Origin: Candidatus Eiseniibacteriota bacterium
Lineage (GTDB): Bacteria > Eisenbacteria > RBG-16-71-46 > JABDJR01
Length of the DNA stretch: 64,000 bases
Assembly: GCA_963762255.1 (NCBI GenBank)
Contig: CAVXKA010000001.1
Span: 544,001-608,000, forward strand
Direction: 5' to 3'
How positions within the stretch are numbered: position 1 is the first letter of the stretch; each line of letters starts with the position of its first letter. Positions 1 to 10,900 of the stretch are shown piece after piece. The notes beneath the pieces were generated by a model. That model was not told where the DNA came from. It did not search any database and worked only from the letters and a program-made list of their open reading frames with translations. The position numbers and the translations under genes were made by a program.

Positions 1-1170
1 GCGGTCGGCTACCTGCTCGTCCTGAGCGAGCAACCGATCGAGTTCGCGCGCGGTCTGCTTGAGGGCGACGACCCGACGCTCCGGCAACATGTTGTAGACG
101 AGCTGTTCGATCGCCCCTCCGAGGCGCGCGGCGTGTTGACGCCGGCGTGGGTCGATGCCCGGGTCGCGGCCGGAACGCGTGAGGATCTGCTGCTGGTCGC
201 GCGTGCGCTCGGCGCGATGTCCTCCAACGCAGCTGCACCGCAACTGAGAACGCTATTGGATCACGAGGATACCGAGATCCAACGAGCTGCGCTGCGCTCC
301 GCGACCCGTCGGCCAAGCCGCATCTTCGTCGACCTCCTGGTGCCCATGCTGCTGAGGCCGGAGTTGAGCCATGAGGCCCGACGGGCCCTGTCCGCGCTCG
401 GGGATCCGGCTGTGCCCGCGCTCCGGCGGCTGCTGAGCGGCGATCAGGGCGCGCGAGCCCGGGCCATCGCCGCGCGCGCGCTCGCACAGATTGCGACCCC
501 GCAAGCGATCATTGCACTCATGACCCTGGTACGCGGCCCCGACGTACGCCTGCGCCACCTCGGGCTCCAGAGCCTCGCGCATGCGCGGTCGCGCAACGGC
601 CGGCCGGTAGTCCCGCGCGCCCTTGCCCACCGGCTGTTTCTGAGAGAGTTGCTCGAGTACCGCGGATGTCTCGAGCCGGCCCGTGCGCTCGAGGCGAGTT
701 CCGTGCCCGAGCTTCGCCTACTCGCCGAGAGCTACCGCGAGTGGGCCGACATGGCCCTCGAGCGGGCCTTCGACGCCCTGGCCTGCTGGTACGAGCCCAA
801 ACCGCTCTTCGGCGTCTTTGACCGGCTCAGGTCGATTCAGCCGGAACGCACGTCGACCGCCCTGGAGTATCTTGGACATGTGTTGCCGCGCGCGATCTTC
901 AAACCGGTTAGCCGGATCTTCGAGAAGACTCCGGAAGACGTCGCCGTGATCGGGTCCGAAGCCGACACGCTCGCGGGTTGGATCCGCGCCGCGTGGGAAT
1001 CGGACGACGACTGGCTGCGCGCCTGTGCCGTAAGAGCCGCGCGCCACGTCCAGGGATTCGATCTCGGGCTGTTCACCGCCGCGGCTGACGACAGTCCCAT
1101 TGTTGGCGCGGAAATCGCATCACTTTCCGTGCCCACGCGCATCGGGACGATACAGGCGGTGCCATGCTGA
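1..1170 (+). CDS. HEAT-repeat protein, 5'-truncated (possibly the C-terminus of an Npt1/Npt2-type transporter-HEAT fusion)
   Basis: Frame open from base 1; HEAT-like repeats (LLDHEDTEIQRAAL, ARRALSALGDPAVPAL, DDWLRACAV); overlaps the downstream cNMP-domain gene. Confidence 0.7.
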   Translation, partial: AVGYLLVLSEQPIEFARGLLEGDDPTLRQHVVDELFDRPSEARGVLTPAWVDARVAAGTREDLLLVARALGAMSSNAAAPQLRTLLDHEDTEIQRAALRSATRRPSRIFVDLLVPMLLRPELSHEARRALSALGDPAVPALRRLLSGDQGARARAIAARALAQIATPQAIIALMTLVRGPDVRLRHLGLQSLAHARSRNGRPVVPRALAHRLFLRELLEYRGCLEPARALEASSVPELRLLAESYREWADMALERAFDALACWYEPKPLFGVFDRLRSIQPERTSTALEYLGHVLPRAIFKPVSRIFEKTPEDVAVIGSEADTLAGWIRAAWESDDDWLRACAVRAARHVQGFDLGLFTAAADDSPIVGAEIASLSVPTRIGTIQAVPC

Positions 1171-1901
1171 GCCCGGTGGAGCGCGTGCTCATCCTCAAGG
1201 GGGCGGACCTTCTGAGGGATGTCGGGCCGCGTCACCTGCTCGGGCTGGCGGAAGTGGCCCGCGAGATCGAAATCGCGGCGGGCGACACGATCTACAACGC
1301 CGACGATCCCGCGGACGCGCTCTACCTCGTCGTGGAGGGCCGCGTGCGGCTCATGACCGACGACAAACCCCTCTCCGAAGTGGGGCCGGGCGAGGCCTTC
1401 GGGACTTGGGCGCTGGTGGACGAGTCCGAGCGCGGCCATCGCGCCGAGTGCATCGAGGACGGTCTGGCTTTGGCGCTCCACCGCGACGAGTTCTACGACG
1501 TGGCCGCCGGAGACCTGTCGCTCCTGCAAGAGGTCCTGCGGGCCCTGGCAAAGCGTCTTCGCGCCCTCGTGGCGGAGCGGCCCGAGGAGGCCCGCGTCGA
1601 AGGTGAAGGGATCGAGAAGCCGGAGGCGATGGCGGCCCCGGAGACGGCAGAGGCCGTTTCCAGCACCGTCGCCGCTGTCGACGCCGCGACGACACCGCAA
1701 GCAGTGACCCTGCCCGAGCCGGCCAACCCGCCCAACGCCGGGCCCCCGGACACCGTGGACGCACCTGACGCGCCCGCGCCCGACGCCGCAGCGCCCACGC
1801 CCGGCGCGGAGCCGCCCGCGCCCGGGGCCGGGGCGACGCTTGCGGCCGCCGCGCTGGGAAAGACGCCTCCTGAGCCACCTGATGCCTTACCATCATCATG
1901 A
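1164..1901 (+). CDS. cyclic nucleotide-binding domain protein with Pro/Ala-rich tail
   Basis: LSPVERVLILKGADLL start; GDTIY..DPADALYLVVEGRV..GPGEAFG cNMP-fold motifs. Confidence 0.85.
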   Translation: MLSPVERVLILKGADLLRDVGPRHLLGLAEVAREIEIAAGDTIYNADDPADALYLVVEGRVRLMTDDKPLSEVGPGEAFGTWALVDESERGHRAECIEDGLALALHRDEFYDVAAGDLSLLQEVLRALAKRLRALVAERPEEARVEGEGIEKPEAMAAPETAEAVSSTVAAVDAATTPQAVTLPEPANPPNAGPPDTVDAPDAPAPDAAAPTPGAEPPAPGAGATLAAAALGKTPPEPPDALPSS

Positions 1902-1948
1902 TCCGGATCGGCGAAGACGCCGCACCGAGATGATAGAATTGAGTAGAG

Positions 1949-3721
1949 ATGACAGCTGCGACACACGTCCCACCCGGTGACGTCGATCAACTCGAAACCG
2001 AGTGGCAGTTCACCTCCCCCGAGCTGCCCGCGGTCGAGGAGTGGCTTCGCGCGCACCCGAGCCGCCAGGGCGTGGACATCGGCGAGCCCGACACGCGCCT
2101 CCTTCGGGACGTCTACTACGACACCGAGGACCACCGGATCCACCGCGCGGGCTTCACCCTGCGCATCCGCGCGGTCGGGGACCGCAACGAGGCCACACTC
2201 AAGGCGCTGGCCCCGGCTTCAGACGGCCTGCGTGTCCGCCGAGAGATCACGCATCCCCTCACCGAGGACGACCCACGCGATCTCTTCGTGAGCCAGAGCC
2301 CGGTGGGGATGCGTCTGCGCCGCTTGTGCCGAGTGACCGAGCTGAGGCCGATCGCCGAGATCCATACGGAGCGGCGCACGTTTCCGCTGCTCGCGGGAGG
2401 AGAGCCGAAGGGCTCGCTTGCGCTGGACCGCAGCGCGCTCACCGACGCCTCGGGGCGCGTCCACCATCTGCAACGGGTGGAGGTAGAGGCCGCCGGCACG
2501 GCTACCGACGCGCTTGTCCCCTTCGTCGAAAAGTTCCGTCAGAGCGAACGGTTGGCCCCCGCAGAGGAGTCCAAGGTCGAATGGGCGCTGCGCACGCTCG
2601 GCCTCAACACGGACTGGATGCTCGATCTCGGCCCGACCAAGGTGGAGCCGACGATGAGCGTGGGCGAGGTCGCATTCGCCGTGCTGCGCAAGCAGCTCGG
2701 CGCGTTCCTCCGCCACGAGCCGGGAACCCGGCTGGGTGACGATCCCGAACATCTCCATGACATGCGGGTGGCCGCGCGCCGGATGCGCGCCGCGCTGCGC
2801 GTCTTCGAGGACGTGCTTCCGCCGAACCCGACGGTTCGCTATCTCGCGGGCCTGCACGAGGTGGGGCAGGTGCTCGGGCGAGTCCGCGATCTCGACGTGC
2901 AGATCGAGCAGATCCGAAATCGCCGGAGGCTGCTCGTCGCGGCCGGCCCCTCGGATCTCGATCCCCTGCTCCAGCGACTCTCCGACAAACGCGAGCTCGC
3001 CCGCGAAGACATGATCGCGACTCTCAGTTCCGCACACTATCGCCGTCTGGTGCGCTCGCTGACCGCCTGGGTCCGCACCGGTCCCGGCCGCCGTACCGCG
3101 GCCGCGGTCCCCTCGCGCACCGCCGCTCCGCTTCTCATCCGTCGCGCCCGCCGCCGCGTGATGCGCACGGCGCGCCGCCTGGAGCCCTCATCGCCCCCGA
3201 CTGCGTACCATGAGCTGCGCATCCGCTGCAAACGGTTCCGCTACACGATGGAGTTCCTGCAACCGCTCTACGGCGCTCCGGCCGCGCGCCTCACGGAGGC
3301 ATTGGTGGACGTGCAGGATTGCCTCGGCCTCCACCAGGACGTGCAGGTGTCGATCGCGCTCATGCGACGGCTCGCCGAAGACCGCGAGGCGCCGCTCCCG
3401 GAAGGGACCGCTGTGGCGGTGGGCGAACTCACGCAACTCTGCGCGACCCAGGCCGAGGAGCTCCGAGGGCAATTCCCAAAGCTCTTCAGCCACGTCGAGG
3501 GCAAGCGCTGGCGATCGCTGCGCGGAGCGATGCTGGCCGCCACCGAGGCGCTCGCCGCAGACCTCTTCCGCCAGGCGCATCTCGACGCGGCACAGACGCA
3601 GCGAGCGCGCCTGAGCGCGCCGGCTCGCAACGTGGAGGAGGCCTCCAGCCCGAGCCCGGATCCGTGCGAGCTGAAGCCGGTCGCGCCCGTGGAGGACCCG
3701 GAGCATCCATGGAACTCGTGA
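1949..3721 (+). CDS. CYTH + CHAD domain protein (polyphosphate-associated)
   Basis: N-terminal ETEWQF, DVYYDT..LRIR, EVE (CYTH); LHDMRVAARRMR, HELRIRCKRFRY, QDCLGLHQD (CHAD). Confidence 0.9.
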   Translation: MTAATHVPPGDVDQLETEWQFTSPELPAVEEWLRAHPSRQGVDIGEPDTRLLRDVYYDTEDHRIHRAGFTLRIRAVGDRNEATLKALAPASDGLRVRREITHPLTEDDPRDLFVSQSPVGMRLRRLCRVTELRPIAEIHTERRTFPLLAGGEPKGSLALDRSALTDASGRVHHLQRVEVEAAGTATDALVPFVEKFRQSERLAPAEESKVEWALRTLGLNTDWMLDLGPTKVEPTMSVGEVAFAVLRKQLGAFLRHEPGTRLGDDPEHLHDMRVAARRMRAALRVFEDVLPPNPTVRYLAGLHEVGQVLGRVRDLDVQIEQIRNRRRLLVAAGPSDLDPLLQRLSDKRELAREDMIATLSSAHYRRLVRSLTAWVRTGPGRRTAAAVPSRTAAPLLIRRARRRVMRTARRLEPSSPPTAYHELRIRCKRFRYTMEFLQPLYGAPAARLTEALVDVQDCLGLHQDVQVSIALMRRLAEDREAPLPEGTAVAVGELTQLCATQAEELRGQFPKLFSHVEGKRWRSLRGAMLAATEALAADLFRQAHLDAAQTQRARLSAPARNVEEASSPSPDPCELKPVAPVEDPEHPWNS

Positions 3722-4212
3722 TCGTGCGCCACGCCGTGGCCTTCGACCGCGATTCCACGCGATGGCCGGACGACGACGACCGTCCGCTCAGCCCCGAGGG
3801 GATGGAGCGGTTTCGCCGGGTGGCGCGGGGTCTCGGCCGCGTCGTTCCCGAGGTGAGCGCGCTCTATGCGAGCCCCCTCGTGCGCGCCCGACAGACCGCG
3901 GAGATTTTGCAGGCCGAGGCCCACTGGCCGTCGCCGCAGCTTCTCGACGCTCTGCGCCCCGAAGAGCATCCCGAAACCCTGCTCGCAACGCTGCGCCGCG
4001 CGGGCGCGGACGAGTGCATCGCCGTGGTCGGCCACGAGCCGCATCTGCATGATCTCGTGGGGTTTCTCGCCTGCGGCCGACGGCACGGTCTGGCGGTGGA
4101 CATGAAGAAGGGTGGCGCCGCCACGATCTCCTTCACCGGCGGGGATGTCGGGCCGGGGGCCGGGCGCCTCGAGTGGCTCCTTCCCCCAAAGACGATCCTG
4201 AAGCTCCTTTAG
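3709..4212 (+). CDS. sixA: SixA-family phosphohistidine phosphatase
   Basis: ATG at 3709; LVIVRHA, DRPLSPEG, SPLVRARQTA and VVGHEP motifs. Confidence 0.9.
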   Translation: MELVIVRHAVAFDRDSTRWPDDDDRPLSPEGMERFRRVARGLGRVVPEVSALYASPLVRARQTAEILQAEAHWPSPQLLDALRPEEHPETLLATLRRAGADECIAVVGHEPHLHDLVGFLACGRRHGLAVDMKKGGAATISFTGGDVGPGAGRLEWLLPPKTILKLL

Positions 4213-5723
4213 CTGCGCGAGCGGCGGGGCGCAGCGATCTCCAGATCCCTTCCGAACGCGCGGCGGAACCGGTCGCGGAACTTCGGCGGGTCCCACGTCG
4301 AGAGCGCGTCCATCCGAAGCACGAGTGCATCGCCGGTGTCCCGCGCGTTGACATGCGGCCGGTGGGCGGCGGGGAGCCGCTGCTCGATCTCGTCGGCCAG
4401 CGCGAGGAGGATTCCCGCTCGGCGCAGCGAGGCCAACTCCCGCGCCTGCATCATGGGACGGTAGCGCCTGAACGTCTGATCTTCGTCGTCGGCCAGCGCC
4501 ACCACCGCGGCCACCAACAGAATGTCGCGGTGCATGAACCCGAGGAGCCCGGTCGTGCGCAGGATCATCGCGGTGTGCTGGTGGCGCCGGTAGTAGTCGA
4601 TGCTGCGGCCGATATCGAGCACGTAGGCGGCGTGGTCGAGAATCTCCCGAGCCATCGGCGAGGCATGCGGCGACATCACCCGCCGCAGATCGGCGACCAG
4701 CGCGCAGCGCCGGCGGGCGCGGGCTGCATCCCATGAGGCGAACCGCGCGGCGAGAGCAGCGATCGACCGGGCGCGCACGGTCTCCGGGGTCGGCATCCCG
4801 ATGCCGGTGGACGCCAGAACGATCCCTTCCCGGACTCCCTGCCCGGCCACGACGAGACGGTCGGCACCGATATGATCCATGACCAGCTCGGCGACGAGGC
4901 TCCCCCCTACGATGGAATCGGCGCGTTCGCTGTTGAGCCCGGGCAGCGCGGCGCGCGCGGACGAGCGATTCGAGGCGAGGAGCACACCCACCTCCTGAAG
5001 GTGGTGCCGGGTGAGTTCATAGCCGTGCAGGCGGGGCACCGGGTAGTCGCGCCGCCGCGCGTCCACCTTGGCCAGGTTGCGGATGGTGCCGCCGGTGCCC
5101 ACGAGGACGTCATCGCCCTTCATGGAGGGAATCCCCGCCGCGGCCAGCGTCTTCTGAGCGTGCGCGCGAAGGCGGTGGATCTCGCCTCGACCGGGCGGAT
5201 CCCCCTTCAAGAATCGGTCATTGAGCAGCAGGGCGCCCAGCGGCAGGCTCCAAACGCGGCGCAACCGCCGCTTGCGGAATTGGGCAAGCTCCGCGCTTCC
5301 CCCGCCGATGTCGAGCACCAGGCCGTGCTCCACCGGCAGCCCGTAGACGGCCCCCAGGAACGCATTCCGCGCCTCACTCGCGGCGTCGAGCGCGAGGATC
5401 CGCAGGCCAAGCTCGCGGCGTACGCGGTCCAGGAATTCGCCCCCGTTGGCCGCCTCGCGCACAGCGGCGGTGGCCACGCCGATGACCCGCTTCGCCCCGC
5501 ACGCGCGGGCCAATTGGCGGAAGTCGCGCAGCACGACCAGCGTGCTCTCGATGGCGCGGCGCTTTAGTCGGCCCTGGGCATCGATCTCGCGGATGAGCCG
5601 TAGCGAAGCGCGCTCGTCGGCCAGCACTTCGGCGCAACCGTCGGCCGCAACGCGGAACACGACCACGCGCGCCGAGTTCGACCCGATGTCGATCACCGCC
5701 ACCGTGGAGACACCGGCTCTCAC
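4209..5723 (-). CDS. ppx: Ppx/GppA exopolyphosphatase
   Basis: VIDIGSNS, ATAAVREAANG, LDIGGGSAE, GTGGTIR, GVREG; HD-like C-terminus; overlaps ppk1. Confidence 0.93.
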   Translation of the reverse strand: MRAGVSTVAVIDIGSNSARVVVFRVAADGCAEVLADERASLRLIREIDAQGRLKRRAIESTLVVLRDFRQLARACGAKRVIGVATAAVREAANGGEFLDRVRRELGLRILALDAASEARNAFLGAVYGLPVEHGLVLDIGGGSAELAQFRKRRLRRVWSLPLGALLLNDRFLKGDPPGRGEIHRLRAHAQKTLAAAGIPSMKGDDVLVGTGGTIRNLAKVDARRRDYPVPRLHGYELTRHHLQEVGVLLASNRSSARAALPGLNSERADSIVGGSLVAELVMDHIGADRLVVAGQGVREGIVLASTGIGMPTPETVRARSIAALAARFASWDAARARRRCALVADLRRVMSPHASPMAREILDHAAYVLDIGRSIDYYRRHQHTAMILRTTGLLGFMHRDILLVAAVVALADDEDQTFRRYRPMMQARELASLRRAGILLALADEIEQRLPAAHRPHVNARDTGDALVLRMDALSTWDPPKFRDRFRRAFGRDLEIAAPRRSRS

Positions 5724-7867
5724 TCCTTGAGCGCCTCCCTGGAGCGCGCCGGCTTCTTGGCTTCGACCTCCGCGCGAGCCCGCGCCATGAACACGTCCTG
5801 TGCACCCAGCGGCTTCTCACCGGGTGCCGGACGGCGTCGGACATAGGCGCCGTCCGAATCGCAATCCCAGCGCGAGTAGTTGTCCGTCTCGTAAACGTCC
5901 AGGATCGAGGAGAGTTCGGCCTGGAGTCGTGGATCGGTGATCGGCGCAATGCTCTCCACGCGCCGGTTCAAGTTCCGCCTCATCCAGTCGGCGGAACCCA
6001 GATAGAACTCCGGCTGCCCGCCGTTCAGGAACTCGTAGATGCGGCCGTGCTCGAGAAAACGCCCGACGATGCTGAAGACACGGACGGTCTCGGAGAGGCC
6101 GGGCACGCCCGGTCGCAGGCAACACAGCCCGCGCACGTTGAGGGACATGGACACGCCCGCCTGAGCCGCCTTGTAGAGCTCGCGAATGATGTCGGGGTCC
6201 TGGAGCTGATTCATCTTGGCCCGAATCCGCGCCGGCCGCCCCGCACGCGCATGCTCCGCCTCGCGCGCGATGAGTTGCATGAATTTCGACCGCATGTAGT
6301 GAGGAGCGACGATCAGCTTGGCGTAGTCGCTGAGAGGCATGGCGCCGGTGAGCTGGTTGAACAGTGCAGCGACGTCGCGACACAGCTCGGGATCGCAGGT
6401 GAGCACGCCGATATCCTCGTAGAGACGGGCGGTGCCGGTGTTGTAGTTGCCGGTGCCCACGTGCGCGTAGTGGCGGACCACTCCGCGCTCCTCGCGCACG
6501 ACGAGCGCGAGCTTGACGTGGGTCTTGAGCTGCTTCACACCGTAGGAGACGTGGGCCCCCTCGCGCTCGAGGAGCTGACCCCAGGCGATGTTGGGTGCCT
6601 CGTCGAAACGCGCGGTGATCTCGACCAGCACCGCGACCTGCTTCCCCCGCCGCGCGGCCTCGGCGAGAGCCTGGACGATCGGCGAGTTGCTGTTCGTGCG
6701 GTAGATGGTGAGCTTGATCGCCAGCACCTGCGGGTCCTCGGCGGCGGAGGCGATGAACCGCAGCACCGAAGACTCGAAACTCTGGTACGGGTGAAGAAGC
6801 AGGATGTCCCCCCGGCGGATCTCGGCAAAGATCGCCGAGGGATCCGCGGGGTCGAGCTTGCGTAACCGAGGGTGGTCGACCGGCGTGTGAGGGGGTGCGA
6901 GAAGATCGCCGCGATCCGATACGTGCAGGCTCAGCAGATCGCCCAGGCCCAGAAGCGTCTCGGAGGGATAGACGTCCTCGGCGGGCACCCGAAGCTGCTC
7001 GGCGAGCCACGCTCGCAGCGGCTCGGGCATCTCGCTCGATACCTTCACCCTCACGATCCCCGCGAAGCGGCGCGCCTTCAGCTCGCGCGAGACCTGCCGG
7101 ACGATGTCCCCCGGCATCAGCGCGTCCGAGGCGGCCTCGTAGTCCGGGATCTCGCCCTCCGCTCCCCGCGTCACCCGGAAGAGAGAGAACCGGAAACGGT
7201 GATCCCCGGGAATGAGGAGATCGAGATGCGCGCCCACGACCTCTTCCAGGGGGACGAAACCGCCTTGGTCGGGGAGCTTTACCCAGCGCGGCAGGTTCGT
7301 CGGAATCTTGATACGCACAAAGCGCTCGCGCTCGCCCGCCGCGTCCCCCACCAGGACGGCGAGGTTGAGACCCTGATTGCTGATGAAAGGAAAGGGGTGC
7401 TCGGCGTCCACCGCGAGCGGGGTCAGGATGGGGAGGATCGTCGAGGTGAAGTAGTCGCGCAAGTAAGCCTGCTGCTCCGCGCTGAGTCGCGAGGTGCTCA
7501 GGATGGGGATCCCCGCCGCTTCCAGTTCGGGGAGGATCTGCTCCTGCATGACAACCGATAGCGATCGCATCTGGCGGCGGATCTCATCGCGGCAGGCATC
7601 CAACTCCTCGGCAGGAAGGCGCCCGTCGAGGGACCGCTTCACCACCCCCTGGCGGACCTGCCGCTTGAGCCCGCCGATCCGCTTCATGAAGAACTCGTCG
7701 TGGAGCATGCCCATGATGCCCACGAACTTGACGCGCTCGAGGAGCGGAAGATCGGGGTCCGAGGTGAGCTCCAGCACCCGTCGGGCGAAGGCGAGCCAAC
7801 TCAGTTCCCGGTTGAGGAAAATCTGGAAGGAGTCGAGTGCCACATCGGGCGATATCTCTTGCGTCAC
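5720..7867 (-). CDS. ppk1: polyphosphate kinase 1
   Basis: FLNRELSWLAF, HPFPFISN, LLLHPYQSF, ARFDEAPNI, LKTHVK, GTGNYN, GRFLEH, GSADWMRRNL. Confidence 0.97.
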   Translation of the reverse strand: MTQEISPDVALDSFQIFLNRELSWLAFARRVLELTSDPDLPLLERVKFVGIMGMLHDEFFMKRIGGLKRQVRQGVVKRSLDGRLPAEELDACRDEIRRQMRSLSVVMQEQILPELEAAGIPILSTSRLSAEQQAYLRDYFTSTILPILTPLAVDAEHPFPFISNQGLNLAVLVGDAAGERERFVRIKIPTNLPRWVKLPDQGGFVPLEEVVGAHLDLLIPGDHRFRFSLFRVTRGAEGEIPDYEAASDALMPGDIVRQVSRELKARRFAGIVRVKVSSEMPEPLRAWLAEQLRVPAEDVYPSETLLGLGDLLSLHVSDRGDLLAPPHTPVDHPRLRKLDPADPSAIFAEIRRGDILLLHPYQSFESSVLRFIASAAEDPQVLAIKLTIYRTNSNSPIVQALAEAARRGKQVAVLVEITARFDEAPNIAWGQLLEREGAHVSYGVKQLKTHVKLALVVREERGVVRHYAHVGTGNYNTGTARLYEDIGVLTCDPELCRDVAALFNQLTGAMPLSDYAKLIVAPHYMRSKFMQLIAREAEHARAGRPARIRAKMNQLQDPDIIRELYKAAQAGVSMSLNVRGLCCLRPGVPGLSETVRVFSIVGRFLEHGRIYEFLNGGQPEFYLGSADWMRRNLNRRVESIAPITDPRLQAELSSILDVYETDNYSRWDCDSDGAYVRRRPAPGEKPLGAQDVFMARARAEVEAKKPARSREALKE

Positions 7868-7900
7868 CGGTCCCCCCTTGGCGGCAAGCCTATCATGGCG

Positions 7901-10900
7901 CTAACGCGCGATTCGCATCAGGCGCCGCACCTCGGTGTGTCCGTCCGCGATGAGCCGGTAGAAATAGAGTCCGGCAGGCACGGCCACCGCGCGATCGTCT
8001 TCGCCGTCCCATCCGGCCACGTGATCGCCCGCCTGGAAACGGCCGTCGAGAAGCCTGCGGACACGCCGGCCGGCCACGTCGAAGATCTCCACCGTCACGT
8101 CCGCGTCCCGAGTGAGGGTGAAGCCCATGCCGGTCGCGCTCCGGAACGGGTTCGGAGAAGGACCGCGCAGAGTGACCGCGAAAGGCGGCGGAGCCTCGGG
8201 CGGGATGACCGGCGTATAGGTGTCCTCGAGAATCGAGAGCAGGGTGTTGGGAGACGGGTGACGAACGATGTTGTAGCGCCGCGAGGGCCAGAAGACCTCG
8301 ACCGAGTCCACCGTCGCATCGACGGGAAACCCGAACAACTCCGGTACGCGGCTCTTGGATGCCCAGCCTACGTTCGTTCCTACTTCGCGCGCCTGAACAT
8401 GCGATCCTGCATGGACGAGGATGAGGGCGCCGATCCCGTCGCGGTTTGCCATCTGACCACGAAGCGTCACCTTGAGCCAGGGCCGCGGGGAGGCTCCGTC
8501 GTTGAGACCGTTGATGTAGAGCTGGTTCGACTGACAACTGCTGCTGGTGCAGCCGCGGGTCAGATAGAGATCCGCATCGCCGTCCGCGTCCACGTCCACC
8601 CACGAACAGCCCAGGTCGGGCCCGGTGGTATTCACAGGCGCGGGGACATCGTCGACACGGGCCATGGTCCCGCCCAGGTTCTGGAACATGAGATTGCCGG
8701 TGGAGAGGTTCACGACGAAGAGATCGAGATCCCCGTCCAGGTCGTAGTCGATGAAGCCCGAGCCGGTGGCGCTGTTCGGGTCGTTCACACCGTAGCGGAT
8801 CGCCTCGTTCGTGAACGAACCGTCGCCGCGGTTCAGGTAGAGCGCGTTCTCGCCGGTCGAGGCGACAAAGAGATCGAGCCGGCCGTCGTTGTCGACGTCT
8901 CCCCAGCTCGCGCCCTGCGCGCCGGTCGCTGAGGCGATGCCCGCGGAATCGGTCACGTCCTCGAAATGGTTCCCGCCGAGGTTGTGATAGAGCACATGCG
9001 CCGGGGCGTCGAGCTTGGCGACGAAGAGATCCGGCATCCGATCGCCGTCGTAGTCTCCCCAGGCGCAGGCGTAGGCATTGCCGCCGTCGATCAGAGAATC
9101 GAACCCGGCGGAGGGGGCGACGTCGGTGAACGTCCCGTCCGCATTGTTGTGCCATAGCGCGGAAGCATAATCGCGGGAGATCACGACGAGATCCAGCCAC
9201 CCGTCGACGTCGGCGTCCGCCCAGGCGGCGTCGAACTCGCGGCCCAGGTCTGCGACGCCGCTCGCCGCGGTGGCGTCGGTAAAGCGGCCGTTACCGAGGT
9301 TCTTGAAGAGCCCGTGACCGGTGACGAAGAGATCGGGGTCCCCGTCGTTGTCGTAGTCGCCCCAGGCAACCCCCACGCCCCCTTCGGGGCTGCCGAGACC
9401 GGCCGCCGCGGTGGAATTCACGAAGGAGCGATTGCCCAGATTCTGATAGAGCGCATCGACCGCAGCCGCGGACCCCCCCGCGGTGTTGTTCACCACGTAG
9501 CAATCGGGGTCGCCGTCGTCGTCGTAGTCGCACCACCCCGCGCCCACGCTGTATCCGGCGTTGGAGATCGGCGCCGTCGTGGCGATCGCGGTGAGGGCAA
9601 GGGCGTTGAGACTCCCCCGAAGGGCCCGCACGTCGTAGGAGCCGTACTCCGCGTAGGTCGCCCTATCCTTCGCCTCACGGTGCACCTTCACCACGTACAC
9701 CCCGTCGACCGAAGCCGTGGCGGTCACGATCGAGGAAATGTCGGCCGTGTTGCGATCGGCGTTGTAGGCGATCAGGCTCGACGAGGGATCGAACACCTCC
9801 AGATAGGTGTCGCCCCAGCCCAGCACGTTGAGCGTCTCCACCACCAAGGGATCTCCCGCGGCAAGCGTGAGGCGGTGATAGTCGACATCACCGGCGCCGT
9901 AGAACGTGTGGTGGGCCGGAGTTCCGTCCAGCGGCAGGTCGGTGGCTTGGGCCACGGAACCGTCGGGCTCGAGCGCGTCCGGGAAGTACTCGACGCCGAG
10001 CGCGCCGAAGACGGCCTTCATCTCCTCGTAGAACCCGTTGGCGACCGGAGCGTTCATCCATCCTTCCCAGAAATCCTCGAGGCTCACGGTCGTCGCCGTC
10101 TTGAGCGGTCCGGTCAGCACCTCCCAGATCTGGGAGCGGGGGAGGGTAAGGGCGTCGTCGTCGAGTGCGGGCGCCTCGTCCGGCGTGTCGGGACCGTCCT
10201 CGATGTCCCACAACAGGGACTGCACGACCACCTCGCTCGCCGTCCCCTTGACCGCGTAGCTCGGGCCCTCGCACTCGTAGGAAAAGATGAGCTGGCCGTC
10301 GCCCGTCCCGCCGCTCGTGTCCACGTACCACGCCGGATGGGGATCGCCGGCGAGACGACGCGCCGCCGATTGGAAGTAGGACGCCCATCCTTCGCTCCAG
10401 GACAACCGCACGTCCTGATTGCTGTCGTCGACATAGTGCGTCCCGCCGGAGGAATCGTCTTTGGAGTAGAGCGCGGCGGCGTAGTGGCCGTACTCGTGGA
10501 TGATGACGCAGTCGTCGTATCCATCGCCGCCGACCAGGTAGATCGCGCTCTCCATCCGGGAGAAGTTGGTGCCTTTGGTGGAAGTCGAATTCCAGTACGC
10601 GCGAAGGGCGGCCGAAGGAAGGCTCCCGGTGAGGGACTGGATCAGAAGCGCCCCGTCCACACAGCAATCGAGAACGTTGAAGGCCTCTCCCCCCATGAGC
10701 GGTTCCACCACGAACTCGCCGACGTGGGTGCCGCTCGCCGGCTTCTGGAACGAGGGCGTGGCCGCCGAATAGGCCACAGGATTACTGGACGAGACGCGCA
10801 CACGCAGGTCGAGGCCCGGCCAGTTCTGAATCGTGCTCAACACCTTCACGGTAAAGGTGTCGGTGTCGAGCACGTCGACCGCGGTCAGGCTGAAGTTCCC

